From Sandaracinaceae bacterium (lineage in GTDB: Bacteria > Myxococcota_A > Polyangia > Polyangiales > Sandaracinaceae): a stretch of DNA of 64,000 nucleotides. The position numbers and the translations under genes are program-made. The notes under the pieces were generated by a model, which was not told where the DNA came from, did not search any database, and worked only from the letters and a program-made list of their open reading frames with translations. Within the stretch, counting starts at the first letter, position 1, and every line of letters begins with the position of its first letter. The stretch lies in assembly GCA_044220955.1 (NCBI GenBank), contig JBGAQA010000004.1, forward strand, positions 81,413 to 145,412, read 5' to 3'. Shown piece by piece: positions 37,391 through 48,174 of this stretch.

Positions 37391-39511
37391 ATGCACCGCC
37401 CCGGAATCGGCCTCTTCTTCGCGGCCGTCAGCTGCTGCGTCACCCTCGGCATCGCGTGCGGCTCCGTCGCCTCCGCGCAGGTGCGGACGCCACCCCCCGC
37501 GGTCGAGCGCGTCGAGCCGACGTCCGGACCGCCGGGCACGTCGGTCCAGATCATCGGCCGGTTCTTCCGCGCGGAGCACGTCGTCCTGCTCGGCGACGTC
37601 GAGCTGCCGGTCACCCTCCGCTTGCCGAATCGGCTGACCGTGACGATCCCGCCCGGAGCCGCGACGGGCCGCGTCCAGATCCGGCTCGCCGACGGAGCTC
37701 TGGTCACCGGACCGGAGCTGCGCGTGCTCGCCGCGCCGCCCCCGCCGGTCATCACGTCCGTGGAGCCGGCGCACGCGCCGCCGGGCGCCGAGGTCCGCAT
37801 CGTCGGCGACCACTTCTCGGCGCGCCTCACCGAGAACACCGTGACCCTCGGCGGTCTGCCGGTCGTCGTGCGCACCGCGACGCCGACCGAGCTCGCGGTG
37901 ATCGTCCCGATCGGCGCGTCGACCGGCTCGTTCGCGGTCGCCGTCGCGGGCGCGACGGATGGCGCGTCGGTCGCTTTCACGGTCGACGTCGGCGTGCAGA
38001 TCAGCTCGTTCGAGCCGGCGGTCGCTTCCCCTGGCACGCGCATCACCGTGCATGGCGCGGGGTTCGCGCCGCGCGCGGCCGGCAATCGCCTCTTCGTCAA
38101 CGGGACGGCAGCGCGCATCCTGAGCGCGAGCGCGACCGAGCTCACCTTCGACGTCCCGGCAGCGGCGACGACGGGCACGCTGCTCGTGGACGTTCGCGCC
38201 GCCGGCCGCGCGTACTCGGGGGCCCCGCTCACCGTGCTGCCGGCGCCGACCGTCGCGGCGATGGAGCCGAGCTCCGGTGTCGTCGGCGTGGAGGTCCACG
38301 TCCACGGCACGCACTTCGGAACCGACATCCGACAGGTCGCCGTGTCGATGCACGACGCGGCCCTGACCGTCCGGAACGTCAGCGACACCGAGATCACCGT
38401 CGAGATCCCGGCGGGGGCCGTGAGCGATCGGATGTCGGTCGTCGTGCACGGCCTGCCCGCCGTGCAGACACACGACGTGTTCGAGGTGCTCGTGCCGGTC
38501 GCGCTCGCGAGCTTCTCGCCGGAGCAGGGCGGCCCTGGCACGGTCGTCACCATCACCGGCACCGGGTTCTCGCCCACCGCGGCACACGATCGCGTCACGC
38601 TCGCAGGTCTCGAGTGCCCGATCGTGCGGGCGGGCGCGACCGAGCTGGAGGTCCGCATTCCCACCACCTCGAGCGGTCCGCTGATCGTGGAGGTCCACCA
38701 CGCGGGGAGCGCTCGCACCTCCCGGCCATTCGTCATCACGACGCCCCCGACGATCACTCGCTTCGAGCCCACGAGCGGAGCCGTCGGGACGATCGTGCAC
38801 GTATACGGCACGCAGTTCGGTGAGACGGCGAGCATCGTGCAGGTCACGTTCGGCGGGCAGGCGGCGGCCATCCAGTCGATGACGAGCACGCAGCTCGACG
38901 TCCTGGTGCCGCAGGGCGCGACGACCGGCCCCATCGGTGTGTCCGTCCGCATGCAGGGCGCGGCGACGTCGTCGTCGGACTTCCGCGTGCTGATGCCGCT
39001 CAGCGTCAGCGCCGTCGAGCCGGAGAGCGCGTACCCGGGACAGACGATCGTCGTGCGCGGCGTCGGCCTCGCGGCCAGCGGTCTCGCCGTCTCGTTCACC
39101 GGCGCCCGCCGGCCGGCGACGGTCACCGCGCGGACGACGAGCGAGATGCGCGTCGTCGTCCCCGCCGACGCGGCGACGGGGCCGCTCACCGTGCGTTCCG
39201 ACGACGGGCGCAGCGTCTCGGCGACCTTCACGCTCGCCCCCACTCCGAGCGGCGTCGGCGTCACCGAGCTCGTCCCGGCGTGCACCCACGCGGGCTGCGC
39301 CGTCGTCGTGCGCGGCTACGGCTTCGCCCCCCGCGCGACGGGGCAGACGGTCACGATCGGCGGGCAGCGCGCGCGGGTCCGGCGGGCGGCGGCGTACGAG
39401 CTCGAGGTGACGATCCCGGCGCGGGTCCCGCCGGGGAGCGCGCCCATCCACGTGGACGTCCGCGGCGTCGGCGCGGTGGACAGCCCGCCGCTGGCGATCA
39501 CGAGCGAGTGA
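37391..39511 (+). CDS. Secreted protein of about 8 tandem IPT/TIG domains
   Basis: Repeats of PxIxxxEPxSGxPGTxVxIxGxxF...LxVxVP, after a signal peptide. Confidence 0.88.
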   Translation: MHRPGIGLFFAAVSCCVTLGIACGSVASAQVRTPPPAVERVEPTSGPPGTSVQIIGRFFRAEHVVLLGDVELPVTLRLPNRLTVTIPPGAATGRVQIRLADGALVTGPELRVLAAPPPPVITSVEPAHAPPGAEVRIVGDHFSARLTENTVTLGGLPVVVRTATPTELAVIVPIGASTGSFAVAVAGATDGASVAFTVDVGVQISSFEPAVASPGTRITVHGAGFAPRAAGNRLFVNGTAARILSASATELTFDVPAAATTGTLLVDVRAAGRAYSGAPLTVLPAPTVAAMEPSSGVVGVEVHVHGTHFGTDIRQVAVSMHDAALTVRNVSDTEITVEIPAGAVSDRMSVVVHGLPAVQTHDVFEVLVPVALASFSPEQGGPGTVVTITGTGFSPTAAHDRVTLAGLECPIVRAGATELEVRIPTTSSGPLIVEVHHAGSARTSRPFVITTPPTITRFEPTSGAVGTIVHVYGTQFGETASIVQVTFGGQAAAIQSMTSTQLDVLVPQGATTGPIGVSVRMQGAATSSSDFRVLMPLSVSAVEPESAYPGQTIVVRGVGLAASGLAVSFTGARRPATVTARTTSEMRVVVPADAATGPLTVRSDDGRSVSATFTLAPTPSGVGVTELVPACTHAGCAVVVRGYGFAPRATGQTVTIGGQRARVRRAAAYELEVTIPARVPPGSAPIHVDVRGVGAVDSPPLAITSE

Positions 39512-39529
39512 TACGCTCACCCTGACTCG

Positions 39530-41650
39530 ATGGGTGCCGGTGTTCCGCTCGGGCCGTATCGGCTGGTTCGCAGGCTCGCGACCGGTGGGATGGCCGAGAT
39601 CTTCCTGGCCCGGCAGGAGGGCAAGGACGGCTTCTCCCGCGATCTGGTGGTGAAGCGCATCCTTCCGCACCTCGCCGCCGATCCCGAGTTCAAGCGCATG
39701 TTCCAGGGCGAGGCGCGCCTGGCCGCGCACCTCTCGCACCCGAACGTGGTGCACGTGTACGACTACGGCTCGGTCGTCGAGGAGGGCGGGGACGAGGCGT
39801 TCTACCTCGCGATGGAGCTGGTCCGCGGGGTCGACCTGCGCGCGCTGATCGTGCGCGCGGCGGAGGCGGCCGTGCAGCGCGGCGAGCCCTTCGCGCTGCC
39901 TCCTCACCACGCTGCGAAGGTGTGCTCGTTCGTCTGCGAGGCGCTCGCGTACGCCCACGAGCTGGTCGTGGACGGAAAGCGGGCGAACATCGTGCACCGC
40001 GACGTCACGCCCTCGAACGTCCTGCTCTCGTTCGACGGCGCGGTGAAGCTCGCCGACTTCGGCATCGCCAAGAGCGTCGCGGGCGGCGACGAGCGCACGG
40101 AGCACGGCGTGGTGAAGGGCAAGTACAGCTACCTCTCGCCCGAGCAGGCGCGCGGCGAGCCGCTCGATCGCAGGAGCGACCTCTTCAACGTCGGCATCCT
40201 GCTCTTCGAGTCGATCCTGGGGCAGCCGCTCTTCCCGCACCAGGACGCCAAGCTCGCCAAGCGGATGTCCGCGCGCGGCGAGATCCCCGACCGCCTGCGC
40301 ATCCGCCGACTGCCGGCGCCCCTGGCGGAGGTCGCGGAGCGCGCGCTCGCGATGCGACCGGGGGACCGCTTCCCGGACGCGCTCGCGATGCGCGCCGAGC
40401 TCGAGGCCTTCGTGCGCAAGTCCCCCGAGCCGAGCGACACCGTGGAGATCGGTCGCTTCGTGCGTGCGCTCTTCCCGGAGACGGTCGCCGAGGATCGTCG
40501 GGCGGTCCGCGCGGCAGGGACCATCGCGAAGTCCGACGTGCCGGTCGCGGTCCGGGCGCGGACGGCGGTGCTCGACCCCAACGTCAGCGGCGAGACCTCG
40601 CTCGGTGAGACGGAGTCCGACCCGACGCTGCTCTCGTCGTCGACCATCTCTCTCGGCGCCGAGCTGCTCGATCCCACGCCCGCCCCGACCTCCGCCCGCG
40701 TGCCTTTGCCTTCGCCTCCCTCGCCCGTGTCTCTCGCCACGCCGGCGCCCGCCTCGAGGACGTCGGTCCCGGGCGCGCGCGGGCCGTTCCCGCTCGACAC
40801 GACGCCGGCGATCCTGCGCCGGCGCTCCCGCCGCGGTACGTGGATCGCGGCGACCGCGATCGTCCTCGGCGCCTCGATCGTCGCCGGCGTCGTGCTCTTC
40901 GGCCGGCAACCGGGTCCACCCGACGCGCCCGACATGCCGCCGCGCACGGTGTCGCTCGGCACCGAGCCGGCCGCCACGGCGCGGCTGCACGTCACCACGA
41001 GCCCGGCCGGCGCCGAGGTCGAGATCGACGGACGCTCGATCGGAACGGGGCCGTCCGTGCAGACGCTCGCGGCCGGCACGCGCCACGTCGTCCGGGCCAT
41101 CGACGCGCACGGCGCCGAGCTCTCGCGCGACGAGGTCACGCTCGGCGAGGGCGAGATCCGCGAGCTGACGCTCTCGGCCCGGCCGGTGAGCGCGTCCCTG
41201 CGCGTGGCCACGACGCCTCCCGGCGCCTCGGTGCGCGTCGACGGCGAGCTCCTCGGCGAGACGCCGCTCTCGGTCGACGTCGCGCCCTCGCCCCACCACG
41301 TCGAGGTCTGGCTGACGGGATACGACCCCGTCGCCGACGACGTGAGCTTCGCGGGTCCGGGCGAGCAAGCGATGCTCTCGTTCGCGCTGCGGCGTCAGGC
41401 GACGCGTCCCGCGCCCGACCGGCACCCCCCTCCGAGCACCGCGGCGCGAGGGACGGGCACCCTGCGCATCGCGACGGATCCCTACTCCGAGGTGTACGAG
41501 GGGAGCCGCCACCTCGGGACCACGCCGCTGCAGACGACGCTCCCGGTCGGGCATCACCGTCTCTCCCTGCGATCTCCGGGACATGCGCCGCGCGTGGCCG
41601 AGGTCGACATCACGGCCGACGAGGTCACCCGCCTGCGCCTGAGCCTCTGA
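39530..41650 (+). CDS. Membrane Ser/Thr kinase with PEGA domains
   Basis: ATGGMAEI, VVK, HRDVTPSNVL, DFG, GKYSYLSPE; TM helix; three PEGA-like units. Confidence 0.95.
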   Translation: MGAGVPLGPYRLVRRLATGGMAEIFLARQEGKDGFSRDLVVKRILPHLAADPEFKRMFQGEARLAAHLSHPNVVHVYDYGSVVEEGGDEAFYLAMELVRGVDLRALIVRAAEAAVQRGEPFALPPHHAAKVCSFVCEALAYAHELVVDGKRANIVHRDVTPSNVLLSFDGAVKLADFGIAKSVAGGDERTEHGVVKGKYSYLSPEQARGEPLDRRSDLFNVGILLFESILGQPLFPHQDAKLAKRMSARGEIPDRLRIRRLPAPLAEVAERALAMRPGDRFPDALAMRAELEAFVRKSPEPSDTVEIGRFVRALFPETVAEDRRAVRAAGTIAKSDVPVAVRARTAVLDPNVSGETSLGETESDPTLLSSSTISLGAELLDPTPAPTSARVPLPSPPSPVSLATPAPASRTSVPGARGPFPLDTTPAILRRRSRRGTWIAATAIVLGASIVAGVVLFGRQPGPPDAPDMPPRTVSLGTEPAATARLHVTTSPAGAEVEIDGRSIGTGPSVQTLAAGTRHVVRAIDAHGAELSRDEVTLGEGEIRELTLSARPVSASLRVATTPPGASVRVDGELLGETPLSVDVAPSPHHVEVWLTGYDPVADDVSFAGPGEQAMLSFALRRQATRPAPDRHPPPSTAARGTGTLRIATDPYSEVYEGSRHLGTTPLQTTLPVGHHRLSLRSPGHAPRVAEVDITADEVTRLRLSL

Positions 41651-41707
41651 CGCGCCCAACGCGTTTCTCGGTCACGAAACACCGGCTCGTCGCCACGTGA
41701 GACGGAC

Positions 41708-42643
41708 ATGCCGCGTCTCGTCCTCGCCCTCGCCTCGCTCGTCCTCGTCCTGCCCCTGGCTCCGGTCCGCGCGCAGCCTCCTTCCAGCCCGCCGGTGCAC
41801 GTCGAGCGCCGCAGCGTCGAGCTCGCGGGGGGCGCCGTCGCACGGCTGGCGACACGGTGGACGACGGACGGCGCCTCGAGCGGGGCTTCGCTCGCGGTCG
41901 GGGACGCAGCGCCCGTCGTCCTCGTGCGCGGCGCGAGCGCCGCTTCCATCGAGCGCGGCGAGCGCGTCGCCGTGGTCGCGTACGAAGCGTACGACGGTGG
42001 GCCCCCCTTCCGGCTCCGCGCCGTGCGTCACGACGGGGGCGCGGACGTGCTCGGAGTCGAGCGCACGCTCGCGCGGCCCGGCGCCAGGCAGGGCGACATC
42101 CCGTTCGCGGTCGCGATCGCGCCGGTCCCGGGCCGGGGCTTCGCGGTGTTCTTCGAGGAGGTACAGAGCGACGATCCGTCCGCGGCGCGCACGTACCTGT
42201 TCATGCTCGGTCTGGACGGAGAGCCGACCGACTCGGGCCGCGAGATCGCCGTGCCCTGGCCGCTGGCGGCCGCCGCCTGGAACGGGCATGGCTTCCACCT
42301 GGCCCTGCTCTACCCCGGCGGTAGCGACGGGATGCGGCTCTCGATGGTGTCGACCACGCCCGAGGGCAATCCCGAGCAGCACCCCGACTGGTCCAGCGCG
42401 GCGGGCTTCGTCGCGGACGTCCACCTCGTGACCGTGGGGGCGGCGATCCACGCGCACTACCGCGGCGGACCCGGTGGTGCGCGGTGGTACGAGACCGACG
42501 TGACGGTGATCGAGGCCTGGGGCAGCGACCGGCGGCACGCGAGCGACCACGGCGCGATCGATCCCGACGCGACGCTCGTGGTCGACGCGGCCGGGCACGT
42601 GCGTCGGATCGCCGCGCGCGACGACGGGCTCGCGGCGCGCTGA
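41708..42643 (+). CDS. Hypothetical secreted beta-rich protein
   Basis: Signal peptide VRA-Q; coding bias. Confidence 0.7.
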   Translation: MPRLVLALASLVLVLPLAPVRAQPPSSPPVHVERRSVELAGGAVARLATRWTTDGASSGASLAVGDAAPVVLVRGASAASIERGERVAVVAYEAYDGGPPFRLRAVRHDGGADVLGVERTLARPGARQGDIPFAVAIAPVPGRGFAVFFEEVQSDDPSAARTYLFMLGLDGEPTDSGREIAVPWPLAAAAWNGHGFHLALLYPGGSDGMRLSMVSTTPEGNPEQHPDWSSAAGFVADVHLVTVGAAIHAHYRGGPGGARWYETDVTVIEAWGSDRRHASDHGAIDPDATLVVDAAGHVRRIAARDDGLAAR

Positions 42644-42784
42644 GGGTGCGCCCTCGCGCTCGAAAGCTGTCCCTCGATCGACGACGGCCTCGGGCACGAC
42701 GACGCCGGTGCGCGCGACACCGGCTCACGCTCGGGATGGATCACATCTCTCGCGCTCCGGGCTGGGGCGACGGCCCCTGGAGAC

Positions 42785-44251
42785 TCAGCCGCGCTTCTCG
42801 AACTTGCGCTTGAGGACGTCCCCCAGCGTGCCCATCCGCGCCTGATCGCGCGTGCCCGCCTTGTAGGTGTCGAAGTCGGCACGCTCGGCGTCGTCGTGCG
42901 CCGCCTTGATCGAGAGGCGCGGGCCGCGGCGGCCGCCGTCGCCGACGTCCGTGACCTTGGCCGTGACGACGGTGCCGACGGGGAACTCGCGGCGCAGGTC
43001 GGCGCCCGGCCGCGTGTTCGTCTCCGCGTTGGGGATGGTCGCGCGGCCGGCGCGGCCGTTCGTGCCCTCGATCTGCACGACGATCCCGAAGTTCTCGACC
43101 GACTCGACCTTCGCCTGCACCACGCGGTTGAGCACGATGGCGGGCCCACGGTCCTCGCTGCCGACCGCCGCACCCTCGGCCGCGATCGCCAGCCCGATGC
43201 GCTTCTTGACGGGGTCGACGGCGAGCACGCGCGCGAGCACCGGCTGCCCGATCTGAAGGACGTCCTGCGCGTGCCGCACCTTCGCGCCCAGCTCGCTGAC
43301 GTGGAGCAGGCCCTCGACGCCCGGCGCGATCCGCACGAACGCCCCGAACTCCGCCAGGCGCGTCACCTGCCCGGCGACCACGCGTCCGACGGGCGCGACC
43401 GCGTCGATCGCCGTCCAGGGATCGGCGGCGAGCGCCTTGAGCGAGAGCGTGATCTCGGTCTTCGCGTGCCCCTTGGCGTCGGTCTTGTTCTCGATCGCCT
43501 TGATCTGGACCTCGACGACGTCGCCGATCGAGACCACGTCCTCGGGCTTCACGCGCTCGTGCGAGAGCTCGCGAAGCGGCACCAGTCCCTCGACACCGCC
43601 GAGGTCCACGAACGCACCGAAGTCACGCAGCTGCGTCACGCGTCCGCGCTTGACGTCGCCGATCGCGAGCGATGCGAGCGTCTCCTGTCTGGCCTGCTTG
43701 GACTCGCGCTCGAGCAACGCGCGCCGCGAGACGACGACGTTTCGACCCTCGACCTTCGTCACGAGGAACGCGAGCGTGCGGCCGACGAACTGGGTCGTGT
43801 CCTGCACGAATCGATCGTCGAGCTGCGAGGCGGGGCAGAACGCGCGCACGCCGGCGAGCTCGACCTCGACGCCGCCCTTGTTCACGGCCGTGATCTTCCC
43901 CTCGACCGGCGTGCCCTGCTCCTCTGCGACCTGGAGGTGATCGACGCTCGCCTCGCCCTTGCCGAAGCGCTTGCCGAGCCGGATGCCGCCCTCGGTCGAC
44001 ACGACGAACCCGCGCACGCGGTCGCCCGCCTTCACGAGCGTCTTGCCCCCCGCATCGCTCAGGTCCGGCAGCTCGAAGAAGGCCTGCTGCTTGTCGTCGA
44101 GATCGACGAGCACGGAGTCCTTGCCCACGTGCCCGACGATCCCCTCGACCTCCTCGCCGACCGAGACGCGTCGCTGCTTGGCGACCACGATGTCGCCGCG
44201 GGTGAACATGTCCTTGAAGGAGCCGGTCTTGAAGCTGTCGCCGTTCGCCAT
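42785..44251 (-). CDS. Multi-S1-domain RNA-binding protein (RpsA-like paralogue)
   Basis: About 5 S1 repeats (GRVTQLRDFGAFVDLGG, FGAFVRIAPGVEGLLHVSEL); C-terminal MGTLGDVL. Confidence 0.9.
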   Translation of the reverse strand: MANGDSFKTGSFKDMFTRGDIVVAKQRRVSVGEEVEGIVGHVGKDSVLVDLDDKQQAFFELPDLSDAGGKTLVKAGDRVRGFVVSTEGGIRLGKRFGKGEASVDHLQVAEEQGTPVEGKITAVNKGGVEVELAGVRAFCPASQLDDRFVQDTTQFVGRTLAFLVTKVEGRNVVVSRRALLERESKQARQETLASLAIGDVKRGRVTQLRDFGAFVDLGGVEGLVPLRELSHERVKPEDVVSIGDVVEVQIKAIENKTDAKGHAKTEITLSLKALAADPWTAIDAVAPVGRVVAGQVTRLAEFGAFVRIAPGVEGLLHVSELGAKVRHAQDVLQIGQPVLARVLAVDPVKKRIGLAIAAEGAAVGSEDRGPAIVLNRVVQAKVESVENFGIVVQIEGTNGRAGRATIPNAETNTRPGADLRREFPVGTVVTAKVTDVGDGGRRGPRLSIKAAHDDAERADFDTYKAGTRDQARMGTLGDVLKRKFEKRG

Positions 44252-44397
44252 GGGGGCGCGAACGTAGCAGCGAAACTGCCGAGGGAAAGGCGAGCGCTCC
44301 CGGCGCGACGCACTTCCGCGCGGCACCGCGGGGGCCCGCAGCTGGGTTGAGCCGTCCGGCGCTTGTCGCGGAGGCCGGGGCGCGAGACGCTCTTCTC

Positions 44398-45462
44398 GTG
44401 CGCGCACCCATCCCGTTCGTGGCGCTGGTCCTGCTGTCGTGCCTCGGCTGCACTACGCCGTCTGCGCAGCGTCCCGACACGGGCCGCGGTGGGAGTGATG
44501 CCGGCAACGACGCGTTCGTCTCACCCTCGTCCGACGGTGGGCCCCGGATGGACCTCGGCCCGCTCCGCGACGCGCCCGCGTGTGCGTCTCCGCCCACGCC
44601 GGCCGGCCCCGAGGTCGAGCTCGCGGCCGAGTTCGCCGGCCTCTATTCGGTCTACGTGCTCGGCCCGGTGCCGGGTGTGCCGAGCCCGCTCGGGGGCATC
44701 GTCCTGAAGGCAGGCGATCCCGACACCTTGCTCGTCGCGGGCGCGTCCGAGCGTCCGGACGGCGCGATCTACGAGATCAGGGTGAGCCGCGATGCGTGTG
44801 GGCACATCGTGGGCTTCGCCGGCACGGCCACGCGCGCGATCTCGGCGCCCTACGTCGATGCGAACCTGGTCTACGGCCCGGACGATCTGCTCGTCTACAC
44901 GGAGTGGCCCCAGTTCCAGCTCGGCCAGCTGAGCCGGGGCGCGATCACGCCGACACGCGAGACGGATCTCCGGACGCTCGGAATCGCGCCGGCGCCCGAT
45001 CAGGGACCGGGCGGCATCGGCTTCGTCCCGAGCGGCCTCGCGAGCGCTGGCACGCTCCGACTCGTGACGTGGCCAGAAGGGCACTGGTACCAGGTCGGCG
45101 CGACGCTCTCGGGCGGGCTCTACACGATCGACTCGCTGACCGAGACGGCCAGGCTCGCCAACAACCCGGGAGGCTTCGCGTACGTACCCGCCGGCTCGCC
45201 CGGCTTCGCCGCGCAGAGCCTGATCGTCGCCGAGTGGCGCCAGAGCGACCGGACGCTCGATCGCGTCGCGGTCTACGAGACCGACGCCGCAGGCGATCCG
45301 GTCACCGCCACCCGCCGCGAGTTCTTCTCGCGCTTCCCACGCCCCTGGGGCGCGTACTTCGAGCCCGTCACCGGCGACTACCTCTTCCTCACGTGGGGCG
45401 ACGGCGACGACCGTGTGTACGTCGTGCAGGGCTTCGCGCCTCCTCCTCCGGGACCGTTCTGA
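44398..45462 (+). CDS. Hypothetical lipoprotein, probable beta-propeller
   Basis: Lipobox CLG-C, DTG/DAG linker, beta-rich body. Confidence 0.7.
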   Translation: MRAPIPFVALVLLSCLGCTTPSAQRPDTGRGGSDAGNDAFVSPSSDGGPRMDLGPLRDAPACASPPTPAGPEVELAAEFAGLYSVYVLGPVPGVPSPLGGIVLKAGDPDTLLVAGASERPDGAIYEIRVSRDACGHIVGFAGTATRAISAPYVDANLVYGPDDLLVYTEWPQFQLGQLSRGAITPTRETDLRTLGIAPAPDQGPGGIGFVPSGLASAGTLRLVTWPEGHWYQVGATLSGGLYTIDSLTETARLANNPGGFAYVPAGSPGFAAQSLIVAEWRQSDRTLDRVAVYETDAAGDPVTATRREFFSRFPRPWGAYFEPVTGDYLFLTWGDGDDRVYVVQGFAPPPPGPF

Positions 45463-45479
45463 GCGGCGAACGGGCCAAA

Positions 45480-46868
45480 TTAGGCGCCGAGCAGGCCGCG
45501 GGCGATGAGGCCCACCGCGGCCGCTCCTCCCAGCGTCCGGAAGGGACCGAGCTTGGTCCCGAGCACGGCGGCCACGGCGGCGGTCGAGAGCAGGAGCGCC
45601 GGCACGTCCAGGGTGTCGAGGCGTGGGACGAGGAGGCGGATCCAGAACGCGTGCGTCTCTTCCACGGTGGCGAAGAGCACGTGCAGCGCGAACCAGATCG
45701 AGAGGTTCGCGATCACGCCCACCACCGCCGCCGAGATCGCGCTCAGAGCCCTCCGTACGGCGCGGTTCGAGCGAAGGCGCTCCACCCAGGGGCCGCCGAG
45801 CAGGATCCAGAGGAAGCACGGGACGAACGTCACCCACGCGGTGGTCACGGCGCCGACCGTGCCGGCGACGAGCGGCGGCAGCGCGCCCGGGCTCCGGTAC
45901 GCGCCCAGGAACCCCACGAACTCGACCACGAGGATCAGCGGCCCGGGCGTCGTCTCGGCGAGGCCGAGGCCGTCGAGCATCTCGCGCGGGCGGAGCCAAC
46001 GGAAGTCGTACACCGCGCGCTGCGCCACGTAGGCCAGCACCGCATACGCGCCGCCGAACGTGACCATCGCCGTCTCGCTGAAGAAGGTCGCTTCGTCGAG
46101 GAACACGGGGCTCGCGCCGGCGAGCCAGGCGAGCACGAACGGAACGGACCAGAGGCCGAGCGCCGTCACGAGCACCCGCAGCGCGCGCGGGATCGAGGGC
46201 CTCGTGTGCTCGAGCTCGCCGCGCGCCTCCATGCGATCGAGCAGCGACCCGACGCTCGCGCCGCTGCTCGCGTGCCCGGCGCTCGCGAGGGCGTCGGGCC
46301 AGAGCGCGCCCCCGCCGAGTCCGATGGCCCCGGCGACCAGGATGACGAGGGGGAAGGGCGCGTCGAAGAAGAAGAGCGCCACGAACGCGAGGAGCGCCAG
46401 GGCCACGAGCAGCCGCGTCCGCAGCACGCGCAGGCCGATGCGTCGCGCCGCGTCGATCACCATCGCGAGCACCGCGCACTTGAGCCCGAAGAAGAGCCCG
46501 CCGACGAGCGGCAGATCGCCGAGCGTCGCGTACGCGATGGAGAGCCCGAGCAGCGCGAGGAACCCCGGGAGCACGAAGAGGGTCCCGGCGGCGAGCGCGC
46601 CCGGCGTTCGGTGCAGCATCCACCCGACGTAGGTCGCGAGCTGCTGCGCCTCCGGCCCGGGGAGCAGCATGCAGTAGCTCAGCGCGTGCAGGAAGCGCGC
46701 GTCGTCGATCCAGCGCCGCTTCTCGACCAGCTCGCGGTGCATCGTCGCGATCTGCCCGGCGGGGCCGCCGAACGAGAGCAGGCCGATGCGCGCCCAGACC
46801 CGCAGCGCCTCGCCGAAGGAGACGTGCTCGGGGATGGGGATCTCGGTCGCGGGCTCAGTCCGGGGCAC
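45480..46868 (-). CDS. chrA: Chromate efflux transporter (long-chain CHR)
   Basis: IGLLSFGGPAGQI, LPGPEAQQLA, TFGGAYAVL, AETTPGP; two CHR halves. Confidence 0.93.
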   Translation of the reverse strand: MPRTEPATEIPIPEHVSFGEALRVWARIGLLSFGGPAGQIATMHRELVEKRRWIDDARFLHALSYCMLLPGPEAQQLATYVGWMLHRTPGALAAGTLFVLPGFLALLGLSIAYATLGDLPLVGGLFFGLKCAVLAMVIDAARRIGLRVLRTRLLVALALLAFVALFFFDAPFPLVILVAGAIGLGGGALWPDALASAGHASSGASVGSLLDRMEARGELEHTRPSIPRALRVLVTALGLWSVPFVLAWLAGASPVFLDEATFFSETAMVTFGGAYAVLAYVAQRAVYDFRWLRPREMLDGLGLAETTPGPLILVVEFVGFLGAYRSPGALPPLVAGTVGAVTTAWVTFVPCFLWILLGGPWVERLRSNRAVRRALSAISAAVVGVIANLSIWFALHVLFATVEETHAFWIRLLVPRLDTLDVPALLLSTAAVAAVLGTKLGPFRTLGGAAAVGLIARGLLGA

Positions 46869-48174
46869 GATCCGGATCGATCCCGTCCGCCCCGAGCTGC
46901 TCGCTCTCGGCGCGGCGAGGCTGCGTGCCCGGCGGGTGCGCGAACCACCCGGCGGGATCGGCGCCGTCCGGCTCGTCGCGCACCTTGAGCACCGTGAACA
47001 TGCCGCCCATCTCGATGGTGCCGAAGGGACCGGGACCGCCGCGCATGGGGAGGCTGTTGCCGGGCACGGGCATGGCCATGTCACCCATCCCTCCCATGCC
47101 CGTCGTGCCCATCGTCATCGCGCCCGGCACGGCGCGCATCAAGCGCGCGTCGATCGCGTCCGTGCGCGCGCCGATCATCGACGGAGGGCCGTGCCCCATC
47201 TGCGTCATGATGTGGTGGGTCATGTGACAGTGCATGGCCCAGTCGCCGGGCTCCGTCGGCGTCATCTCGATGACGCGTGTCGAGCCGACGGGTACCAGCA
47301 CGGTCGTCTCGGGGCGGCGCGCGCTCACGGGGATCTCGCCGCCGTCCGTGGCCGTCTCCTCGAACCACACGCCGTGGATGTGGATCGGGTGGTGGTCCAT
47401 CGGCGAGAGGTTCCCGAGACGGATGCGCACGCGCTCGTTCGTGCCGACGAGGAGAGGCTCGGTCGCGGGGAAGATCTTCCCGTTGAACGTGAGGACGTTG
47501 AAGTCGTTCATCGCGTTCGCGTCGGGCCGGTCCGTGCCGACGTCGATCGTCCACTCGTGGGTCATGAGCACGAAGTCGCGATCGACGCGCGGGCCGCGCG
47601 GATGGAGCGGGTGTACGACGATCATCCCGACGCAGCCGAGCGCGATCTGCGTCATCTCGTCGTAGTGCGAGTGGTACATGTACGTCCCGGGCCGGCGCAG
47701 CTCGAGCTCGTAGACCCAGGTCTCCCCGGGGGGGATCGGCGCCTGCGTGAGCGCCGAGACGCCGTCCATCCCGTTCGGCACGACGAGGCCGTGCCAGTGC
47801 ACGGTCGTCGGCTCGGGCAGGCGGTTGGTGACGTAGATGCGGAGGCGATCGCCCTCCGTCGCCTCGATCGTCGGCCCCGGCGTCGAGCCCTCGTAGCCCC
47901 AGACGCGGCAGCGCAGGCCGGGGGCGAACTCGTGCTCGACCTCGCCGACGACGAGGTGGCCGACCTTCACGCCGTTCACGTCGCGCAGCGCGAGCGTGCT
48001 GCCGTTCGGAGTGACGACCCGCGGCTGACCGCCCGGGAGCGTCGAGGGCGGGCGCGTGCGCGGCGCCGGTGGCGTGGGCGCGGGGCGCGCGTCCTGGGCG
48101 AGGAGCTCCGCCGGCTGCGCGAGCAGGACGACGCCCGTGGCGCCGCCGAGGCGCATGAAGCTGCGGCGGTCCAT
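46855..48174 (-). CDS. Tat-exported two-domain multicopper oxidase with Met-rich tail
   Basis: DRRSFM Tat motif; HWHG, YHSH, HPIHIHG, HCHMTHHIMTQM. Confidence 0.92.
   Translation of the reverse strand: MDRRSFMRLGGATGVVLLAQPAELLAQDARPAPTPPAPRTRPPSTLPGGQPRVVTPNGSTLALRDVNGVKVGHLVVGEVEHEFAPGLRCRVWGYEGSTPGPTIEATEGDRLRIYVTNRLPEPTTVHWHGLVVPNGMDGVSALTQAPIPPGETWVYELELRRPGTYMYHSHYDEMTQIALGCVGMIVVHPLHPRGPRVDRDFVLMTHEWTIDVGTDRPDANAMNDFNVLTFNGKIFPATEPLLVGTNERVRIRLGNLSPMDHHPIHIHGVWFEETATDGGEIPVSARRPETTVLVPVGSTRVIEMTPTEPGDWAMHCHMTHHIMTQMGHGPPSMIGARTDAIDARLMRAVPGAMTMGTTGMGGMGDMAMPVPGNSLPMRGGPGPFGTIEMGGMFTVLKVRDEPDGADPAGWFAHPPGTQPRRAESEQLGADGIDPDRAPD

Noticed and set aside
42785..44251. Calling this gene rpsA
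   Set aside because: Divergent, with about 5 S1 domains; may be a secondary paralogue, so the symbol is withheld.
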